From: Pachysolen tannophilus NRRL Y-2460
Lineage: Eukaryota
Assembly (NCBI GenBank): GCA_001661245.1
Contig: KV454011.1
Span: 828,956-892,955 of the forward strand
Direction of reading: 5' to 3'
Length of the DNA: 64,000 bases
Part shown: in pieces, positions 56,200-64,000 of the stretch
Position numbering within the stretch: position 1 is the stretch's first letter
How the letters are laid out: the number at the start of each line of letters is the position of its first letter
Made by a program: the position numbers and the translations under genes
The notes under the pieces: generated by a model
What the model was told of the DNA's origin: nothing
Databases searched by the model: none
The model's input: the letters and a program-made list of their open reading frames with translations, nothing else

Positions 56200-57888
56200 A
56201 TGAAACAGATAATTTTATTGAGGCATTCTATAAGGGTGGACAAGGAGATTAGAAACGTTAATAATAGTGATGGTAGTATAGATACCTCATCGTGGCTTTC
56301 AAATTTTGATCCGCCTTTGGATATCGATAAGAGTATTAAGCAGTTGAATGAGACTTTTAATGATCATGTTTTGGAATTGATTGGGAGTAAAGGTGGTGAT
56401 ATAATAATACATAGTTCGCCTTATAATAGGTGTTTGCAGACGGCGGAGATAATAACTGAGAAATTTTCTGGTGATGATCATGATGATCATATTACAAGAT
56501 TAAGAATTGATCATTCGCTTTCGGAATGGTTAAATTTTAATTTCAATTTGAGGTATTTACCTCCAAATGATAAAGGTTTATCGTTGATGAGTAATGTTAA
56601 CCAATATCTATATGGCGGTAATAGTAAGTTACTGGAATTAAGAGATCCTTATTGGAATAATTATAAATTTGGTGATCCAGGAGAGTATGGGGAATCGTTG
56701 AACCATTTTAAGAAGAGATGTTTGAACTATTTACAACAGCTTTTGGTGCATTACGAAGGTATGGATAATGAAGATAATGATGATGATTCCACAGTGATAA
56801 TAATTTCTCATGGTGCTGTGATATCTGTGTTGTTACAAATAATGTTAAAAAGAAATATATTCAGTGAGATTCCATTGGGGACCCCAATCATCTTTAATAA
56901 GATTGATCATTTGTTATTTCAAATACTTGATTATGATTCTATCCATATGGATGATGATTTATTTCCACAAGATGGAATTTATGATTTAAGTCATTTAACT
57001 TTACCAATAGGTTATGAATCAAATATATTGATTTCTTCTTTTACAAATAATAATATTTCACCGTTGCCCTCTTTAACATCTTCTAATTCATCATGCAATA
57101 CTTCATCAAATTCTTCATCAAATGGTGAGAATCCAGAAATATTACCAAAGATTAATTCTTTTGAATTGACAAATAAATTAGATAGTATCAATGATGATGT
57201 TAGTAGTGTTTCTTCATCATATAATAATGAAAGAAAATATAAAAATGGGAATCTAGATGATGATGATAGTGGTAGCTCCCCCAATGATGAAGATGATGAA
57301 GGCTTATCATTCAGTTTTTCTAAAAATTTTAAAATTCATAATAACGCCATTAACAGACATAGAGCTAATACTACAGGATCTTCATTTATTCATAACGTTG
57401 ATTTATCTAGTGATATAGTATCATCACCAACAGATATAAATTTCAATAGACATAGACCAAGAAAAAGTATTTACTTAGATAATGGTCTTAGTTTAAAAGA
57501 TTATTTTTTAAACACAAGAAATAATAGTAATACAAATGAAAGCGATCAAAACTTCAAGGAGTATCAATCTCAAACTGGAGATGATAATACATTGGATAGT
57601 GATGGCACAATTACAGCCAATGATGAAGATAGTATAAACAGCAGCAACAACAACAATAATAATAATAATAATAATAATTATAATAAAAATAATGATAATA
57701 ATAATAATAATGATTTTATGCTATCTTTTACATCAGACTCAGGAAAGGACTCCGTAACGATTAATAAGCTTCACAAGAACAGTAATAACAGCTTGAAAAA
57801 TATTTTATTCAACGTATCTTTGGATAATATATCAGAGGTTAATGAAGACGATGAAAGTAATTGGTTTGGGTTTAATAATAAAGTTTGA
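56200..57888 (+). CDS. Histidine-phosphatase (phosphoglycerate mutase-like) protein with Asn/Ser-rich tail
   Basis: LLRHS.R.D, DPPL, HSSPYNRCLQTA, LSEW, GES, ISHG motifs. Confidence 0.8.
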   Translation: MKQIILLRHSIRVDKEIRNVNNSDGSIDTSSWLSNFDPPLDIDKSIKQLNETFNDHVLELIGSKGGDIIIHSSPYNRCLQTAEIITEKFSGDDHDDHITRLRIDHSLSEWLNFNFNLRYLPPNDKGLSLMSNVNQYLYGGNSKLLELRDPYWNNYKFGDPGEYGESLNHFKKRCLNYLQQLLVHYEGMDNEDNDDDSTVIIISHGAVISVLLQIMLKRNIFSEIPLGTPIIFNKIDHLLFQILDYDSIHMDDDLFPQDGIYDLSHLTLPIGYESNILISSFTNNNISPLPSLTSSNSSCNTSSNSSSNGENPEILPKINSFELTNKLDSINDDVSSVSSSYNNERKYKNGNLDDDDSGSSPNDEDDEGLSFSFSKNFKIHNNAINRHRANTTGSSFIHNVDLSSDIVSSPTDINFNRHRPRKSIYLDNGLSLKDYFLNTRNNSNTNESDQNFKEYQSQTGDDNTLDSDGTITANDEDSINSSNNNNNNNNNNNYNKNNDNNNNNDFMLSFTSDSGKDSVTINKLHKNSNNSLKNILFNVSLDNISEVNEDDESNWFGFNNKV

Positions 57889-58273
57889 TAAAGGTCAAGG
57901 GAACAGGTTGCTTAATTTTTTCTTTTTTTTTTTTTTTTTTTTTGTTTTGTTTTTCTTCTAAAACATTTCATAAGACACTAATTAATTATATGTCGATATT
58001 TACAATTTTCGACACGAATCATATAAGCATCTTCACTGATCAGAGATAGTCATTGCTTGCTGCCTTTTTTTTTTTTTTTACATTTCCTTATTTTTAATAT
58101 AAAAATATTTATAACCAAGTATTCCAACAATTATACTATGGTTATGCTCTATAAGTGAAATTTTTTACATAGGAACTCTTATATTTATTATTATTATATT
58201 ATATTATATTATAGTGAATACTCTTTATATGCATATTAAATGAAGCAAAAAAGGAAAAAAAAAATTGAGTTGT

Positions 58274-58345
58274 AGGTCGTACCCGGATTCGAACCGGGGT
58301 TAATTGGATCAAAACCAACTGTGATAACCACTACACTATACAACC
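58274..58345 (-). tRNA. tRNA-Gln(UUG)
   Basis: 72-nt cloverleaf GGTTGTA...TACGACC-T, anticodon loop TT-TTG-AT, T-loop GGTTCGAATCC, downstream T-run. Confidence 0.96.
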
Positions 58346-59307
58346 AATTTTTGATGTTTCCCTTTGGAGACAGCAAATGATTAGCACTCTTCGTCATTAT
58401 GTAGTTTTTTGTGCTAGATTATGTAGATTGGGGTACCCTTTTTGCTTGAACACACCAGGCATCAAGTTCTAAGTAAACCATGAGTTACTTAAATATACAA
58501 CCGAAAAAAACTTTATTTCAATTTTAAAGCAAAGCAATATTATCTTCTCATCATTTAAAAGATGTCTACTGGGATAGATTCTGAAAATCTTGATATAAAA
58601 TTCAGGTATAGAAGCGAACTCTTATGTGCAAAACCCCTTTTTTGACACCACGCCCCCTTTTAGATGAAAATAAAAAGATACCATTAGATTAAAGCTATAT
58701 AACATATTTGTTTAAATGCAACATATCACTGGACTTGAGCTACATTATTTGCTATTTTGTTTTTAGCATAAAATAAATGAGGAAAAGATTTGAATGAAAA
58801 ACGAGTAGAAATATCCTTATTTTAAAAAAAAAACTTAATAAGTAAAATACATACATAAATTAATTAAATACTCTCGTATCTTTGTATGAATTTGAGACTA
58901 AACTATCAAATACTTTAAAAAGACAAATTAGTGGTATTTTTCTTTGAATTTTAGTTGTTTTCAATAAAAACAGCAAAAAAAGGGAAATTGGATACAACTT
59001 CTTGATGTCAAAAGAGATGCAAGACCATACAGTATCTCATCTAACTTTTTCTAGATTATACAGAAAAAAAAACAAATTTAAGAGGCTAACACCTTTCAAA
59101 ACTTTTTACAACTTGACATCTGCTTATAAGAATACAATGAAATATCGATTAAGAATGTGATTCAAACTGTATTTACATCATCATTCAAATTTTGATATAT
59201 TACAACCTTAAATACTACAATTTCGTTTTTCTTTTCAAAGTAATATATTTAAAAGCTTTAAAACTACATCTTTATGTAAAAAAAAAAATAACTGATAGAT
59301 CATTATT

Positions 59308-61347
59308 TCAACAATTAACAATATATCCAAAATCTTGTTCGTAATTACTCAATAAAATAAGAGGAATTTTACAATAAAATTCCATTCCGTTATCTAAATG
59401 ATCAACAGCTTTATATAGAGCACCTTTACTATCATTATAGATGTTAACAAACTCATAATTTTTCTCAGATTCTGATGTATCTTCTTCTTTAGTCTTTTGA
59501 GCTTCATCAGTAGAACTTTTATTGCTCAGATCTCTATTCAACAATATAAACTTGAATAAGAGAACGTATTTTACTTCAAGTAAGTTTGTTTTAAATTGAC
59601 CATTTCTAACTTTGTCATTAGGAATAAGCATATCAAAACTTAATTCATCATTCTCGTTAAATGAACTAATAAAAATTTCATTCACATTAGTCTCTAATTC
59701 ATAGTTTGAATTGAGTTCAATTGATGACGTACTTTCATCATCATTTCTGATGTAGTCAGTATCATTGAATTTTTCAACTTTTATAATCTTAGTTATTAAA
59801 CCTGTTATAGGTATCTTGGAGTTTTTCATATTTAAATGAACTTTCAAGATTTCATTGCTAGTCACTATTGATTTAGATAATGATATTGTTGCAATTAATT
59901 CTGCATTTCTTTTCAATATAAAGTTCAATTGTGGTTTGATGGGGATCTGAGAATGAAATTTAATATCATGATCATGAATTATTTCTTTCTTATCGTTATT
60001 ACTTTTATTAAATTCATTAATTTTTTTAGCAATATCTGATGGATTAGTCATAATATTGATTAAATTCTCTCTTACATCTTCTTTTATATCATTTCCAATT
60101 TCACTTAAAAATTGTGTTTCAAATTTTTCTTGAATACCAATCAAATCGTTGTTTTTGTTCATTTCCAGAATGAAATCAATAAATTTTTGTCTTTCTATAA
60201 TATTTAACTTTTGATCTGGATTGCCATTTGAATAATATGAATTTTCTTCTTCAATATTGAATGATGACACACTTATTGTTGAGCTTCTTCTATTATGTGA
60301 TGGTATGTCTTTACCAAGTCTTCTTCTAATAGATCTAAATGTTGCCTTCCTATCTGGACTATTTTTACCCAGGGAATCATTTAAATCAAGAACTTTAACT
60401 TGACACATATAATTCAATTTTGGTTGTAATAAATCAAAAATTGGTTGTTGTCCAAACTGATTAATAAAAGGTTGTATTTCTAAAGGGAAATATAAAGTTT
60501 TATTTACCAATTTATTATTCTCATCAAACATTTGAAAACCAACTACAAGATTATAGACAATTTTCAAACTTGATAAAGAATTATAAGATGGCGGTAAAAA
60601 CTTTGGTAATTGTATGGAGGTATAAAATTCTTTTGTTAAAGAATTAAGGTTTTTAAATGAAATTTCAGAGAATAAGATAGATTGTGTTGAAGAAAATATT
60701 GGAATTATTTTGGACTTCATAGATTCATCATTATTCCTCTTGTGGACATTTGCTCCATCATCATCAGGTATAACTCCAGCACTGAATAACAGACCAAAGC
60801 CTGAGGAAAAAGTGTTCCAATAACCATCATCATCTTTATTATTGAAATCTAAACCATTAATTCCACCCAATTTACCACCTATGACAGTTTTACTTTGAAT
60901 TTCTTTAAAACTCTTTATATCAAAAATTTCATCATTTAAAGTATAATACCCAAATATTTGCGAATAACCCAGCAACAAAGACTCATCTTTTTTATTTTTA
61001 GCACTTTCTTCTTCTTCGTTGATATTTTCTAGTTCCAGAAGAAATAAAGATCTTGTAGTATTGGATAATTGAAAAGAAAGACGTTTACCAATACTCGACC
61101 AACTATTGTCCTCATCATTCCCTTTAGCATTCAAAGTATTATCAGTCAGAACATAATCATTATCAAGGTGCGTGTTGTCCTTGACATTGTCTGCATTAGT
61201 GGGTGCTGGTAATTTCCCAATATATTTAAACCTTAATATTAAAGACAAGTCATTACCATTTCCAGCAAATACAGGATAATTCTCATATATCAACTCAAGC
61301 CTAATGCTCTCATTAATCAATTGGTTGAATATACTGTGCGTTATCAT
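59308..61347 (-). CDS. RGP1: Rgp1, subunit of the Ric1-Rgp1 Ypt6 GEF
   Basis: PVFAG, LLLGYSQIFG, IPIFSSTQSILF, LPPSY, QFKT motifs; adjacent to YCF1 as YDR137W/YDR135C. Confidence 0.8.
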   Translation of the reverse strand: MITHSIFNQLINESIRLELIYENYPVFAGNGNDLSLILRFKYIGKLPAPTNADNVKDNTHLDNDYVLTDNTLNAKGNDEDNSWSSIGKRLSFQLSNTTRSLFLLELENINEEEESAKNKKDESLLLGYSQIFGYYTLNDEIFDIKSFKEIQSKTVIGGKLGGINGLDFNNKDDDGYWNTFSSGFGLLFSAGVIPDDDGANVHKRNNDESMKSKIIPIFSSTQSILFSEISFKNLNSLTKEFYTSIQLPKFLPPSYNSLSSLKIVYNLVVGFQMFDENNKLVNKTLYFPLEIQPFINQFGQQPIFDLLQPKLNYMCQVKVLDLNDSLGKNSPDRKATFRSIRRRLGKDIPSHNRRSSTISVSSFNIEEENSYYSNGNPDQKLNIIERQKFIDFILEMNKNNDLIGIQEKFETQFLSEIGNDIKEDVRENLINIMTNPSDIAKKINEFNKSNNDKKEIIHDHDIKFHSQIPIKPQLNFILKRNAELIATISLSKSIVTSNEILKVHLNMKNSKIPITGLITKIIKVEKFNDTDYIRNDDESTSSIELNSNYELETNVNEIFISSFNENDELSFDMLIPNDKVRNGQFKTNLLEVKYVLLFKFILLNRDLSNKSSTDEAQKTKEEDTSESEKNYEFVNIYNDSKGALYKAVDHLDNGMEFYCKIPLILLSNYEQDFGYIVNC

Positions 61348-61560
61348 TATTCCTTCTGATTAATTGATCTCTTAACATAGCATTTACTTATTTATTAAAC
61401 ATATTTAATTGTCGAATCAGCCGAAATAAAGAAAAGCTTACAAAAAAAAATAAATCAAAAATTAAAAATTAAAAAAAGAAAATAGCAAAATAACTCAATT
61501 AATTAAACAATAAAGCTATTTAATTATAATATTCAGTTGGAGAACGAGGAAGGAATAGAA

Positions 61561-64000
61561 ATGGATTCTTTTTGTAGAGATAAAGAGGGTCTTGGACCTT
61601 TATCTCCAGTTTATTCAGATTTGACTATATGTTTTATAAATGGAGTATTAATTAATCTGAGTTCTTTATTTTTAATTATATTTGGTACTGGACAGTTTTT
61701 CAGTTTATACAAGAAGAAGAATATAAGATTGAAAGTGGATGATTGGTCATTTAAATTGAAACTATTTATGGTTGTGTTACAAGTTGCTTTTACTGTAGGA
61801 TTGTTGGCTTCGAATCAGCAAAAGGATTTGATCAATCCAATCTTGTCGCTTTTTGCATTACTAATAGGATTAAATTTACATTATATTGAAAGATTTAAGA
61901 CAAATATTCCGAATGGTATCTTATTATTTTACTGGTTGTTCACTGCGATGTTTGGGGTGTTGAAAATAGGGAATTTAACTGTTCGTTCGAAATTTAATAG
62001 TGAATTCATATTTTCGGTATTTATTACAATTAATGGATTTTTTATATTGTTAGTGGAATCTTTAGTTCCACTGAAATATTCTCGTGAAATAGAATTAAAT
62101 CCTTTAGAGACTTCAAATGTGTTTGGTCGTATTTCATTCAGTTGGATGTCACCATTAATGGTAAAAGGTGATAAAAAATTTTTAGTTCAAAACGATTTAC
62201 CGCCATTGCCAAGATTCCTTGAAGCATCTAATGCTTTTGAAACTCTTAAAACCAATTGGAATAAGCAATTAAGTTATACTACAAAGCCTTCATTAGTTAA
62301 TGCAATTGCAAAATCATTTGGAGGACCTTTTGTCATTGCAGGTTTATTCAAAGCAATACAAGATATATTAGCTTTCACACAACCTCAATTGTTAAGATAT
62401 TTGATCAAGTTTGTCAATGATTATAACGAATCCCCTGAAGATGACAGGTTGCCTTTAACTAGAGGTTACATGATTGTATTTGCCATGTTTTTGGTTTCCA
62501 TTGTTCAAAGTGCTTGTTTACACCAATATTTCCAAAGAGCTTTTGATCTTGGGATGAAGATTAAAAGTTCTTTGATTTCAACCATTTATGCAAAATCGTT
62601 GAAACTATCAAATGAAAATAAATTAAGCAATTCCACAGGTGATATTGTAAACTTGATGTCTGTTGATACTCAAAGATTACAGGACCTTGTACAATATTTG
62701 CAAGTACTTTGGTCGGGACCTTTCCAAGTAATATTATGTCTTACATCGTTACATTCATTATTGGGAAATGCAATGTGGATTGGTGTTGCAATAATGATAA
62801 TTATGGTCCCATTGAATGGTGTAATAGCTAAACAACAGAAAAAGTTGCAGAAAATTCAAATGAAAAATAAAGATGAAAGAACAGGAATTGTTTCAGAGAT
62901 TTTAAATAATATTAAATCTTTGAAGTTGTATGGATGGGAAATTCCTTATATGGAAAAATTGACTTATGTTAGGAATGAAAAAGAATTGAAAAATTTGAAA
63001 AAAATGGGTATTTTCCAAGCATTTTCAAATTTTACTTGGAACACAGCTCCTTTCTTAGTTAGTTGTTCTACTTTTGGTGTCTTTGTATTGATAAATAAAG
63101 ATACTCCTCTTTCGACAGACCTTGTTTTCCCGGCTTTATCATTATTCAACTTGTTGTCTTTTCCATTGGCAGTTTTTCCAAATGTTATAACTTCCGTTAT
63201 TGAGGCTCAAGTTGCTGTTTCAAGACTCTCTAAATTTTTCGCTAGTGAAGAATTGCAAAATGATTCAGTTGTGAGATTGCCTCTGGTAAATAAAATTGGT
63301 GAAGAAGCAGTTAAGGTAACCAATGGTGAGTTTTTATGGACAAGACTTCCTTATAAGCCTGCATTATCAAATATAAATTTTGTAGCTAAGAAAGGTGAAT
63401 TGAATTGTATAATTGGAAAAGTTGGTACTGGTAAATCATCTTTTATTCAGGCTATATTAGGTGACCTATACAAGTCAGAGGGTTTGGTTATCACACATGG
63501 TTCCATAGCTTATGTTCCACAAGTACCATGGATCATGAATGGTACAATTAAAGACAATATTCTTTTTGGTTCTCGTTATGATCCAGACTTTTATGCTAAG
63601 ACAATTGCTGCCTGTGCTTTAGAAAAAGATTTGGAAATTTTACCAAAAGGAGATAAAACTCAAGTTGGTGAAAAAGGTATTTCTTTAAGTGGTGGACAAA
63701 AAAGCAGATTATCTTTAGCGAGAGCAGTCTATTCAAGAGCGCTGATATACTTATTTGATGATCCATTAAGTGCTGTTGATGAGCACGTTGGAAAACATTT
63801 AATCAACAATGTTTTTGGACCTAACGGTTTGTTAAGCACTAAATGTAGGATTTTAACTACAAATAATTTGAACGTTTTGAAGTATTCCAACTACATTGCA
63901 ATGTTACAAAATGGTACAATTGTTGAAGAAGGATCTTTCCTGAAAATTATGGAAAATGAAAATTCGTTATTAAACACTTTAATCACTGAATTCAGTAAGC
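61561..64000 (+). CDS. YCF1: Vacuolar ABCC/MRP glutathione-conjugate transporter, 3' end beyond the window (absent from the ORF track)
   Basis: MDSFCRDKEGLGP TMD0, Walker A GKVGTGKSS, signature LSGGQK, DDPLSAVDEHVG. Confidence 0.92.
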   Translation, partial: MDSFCRDKEGLGPLSPVYSDLTICFINGVLINLSSLFLIIFGTGQFFSLYKKKNIRLKVDDWSFKLKLFMVVLQVAFTVGLLASNQQKDLINPILSLFALLIGLNLHYIERFKTNIPNGILLFYWLFTAMFGVLKIGNLTVRSKFNSEFIFSVFITINGFFILLVESLVPLKYSREIELNPLETSNVFGRISFSWMSPLMVKGDKKFLVQNDLPPLPRFLEASNAFETLKTNWNKQLSYTTKPSLVNAIAKSFGGPFVIAGLFKAIQDILAFTQPQLLRYLIKFVNDYNESPEDDRLPLTRGYMIVFAMFLVSIVQSACLHQYFQRAFDLGMKIKSSLISTIYAKSLKLSNENKLSNSTGDIVNLMSVDTQRLQDLVQYLQVLWSGPFQVILCLTSLHSLLGNAMWIGVAIMIIMVPLNGVIAKQQKKLQKIQMKNKDERTGIVSEILNNIKSLKLYGWEIPYMEKLTYVRNEKELKNLKKMGIFQAFSNFTWNTAPFLVSCSTFGVFVLINKDTPLSTDLVFPALSLFNLLSFPLAVFPNVITSVIEAQVAVSRLSKFFASEELQNDSVVRLPLVNKIGEEAVKVTNGEFLWTRLPYKPALSNINFVAKKGELNCIIGKVGTGKSSFIQAILGDLYKSEGLVITHGSIAYVPQVPWIMNGTIKDNILFGSRYDPDFYAKTIAACALEKDLEILPKGDKTQVGEKGISLSGGQKSRLSLARAVYSRALIYLFDDPLSAVDEHVGKHLINNVFGPNGLLSTKCRILTTNNLNVLKYSNYIAMLQNGTIVEEGSFLKIMENENSLLNTLITEFSK

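Noticed and set aside
58346..59307. LTR or transposon remnant upstream of the tRNA
   Set aside because: No TG..CA-bounded repeat, target-site duplication or coding remnant is visible

Overview
AT-rich budding-yeast (Saccharomycotina) chromosomal segment with about 36 protein genes, a dispersed 5S rRNA gene, a tRNA-Gln(UUG) and one 317-N assembly gap. In-frame CTG codons sit at positions where homologues have Ala (OGG1, RSM24, NGG1, CDC1), so the organism probably uses the CUG=Ala code (Pachysolen/Nakazawaea-type) and the supplied translations are wrong at CTG. Four spliceosomal introns missed by the ORF track were reconstructed (SRP14, HMO1, OGG1, CYC3), and a YCF1-type ABC transporter runs off the right end. 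Gene content preserves ancestral pre-WGD neighbourhoods (HMO1-RSM24-NGG1-SDH4-SCC2-SAS4-CDC1-PLP1 interleaved with PUS5-SEC10-RPS31-UPS2). The best novelty candidate is an unannotated, densely base-paired + strand region at about 15.55-16.37 kb. It ends in an Sm-like site followed by a 5' splice site and an orphan TACTAAC, resembling a yeast telomerase RNA, but no template could be identified. All homology calls are from recalled sequences and motifs, not database searches.
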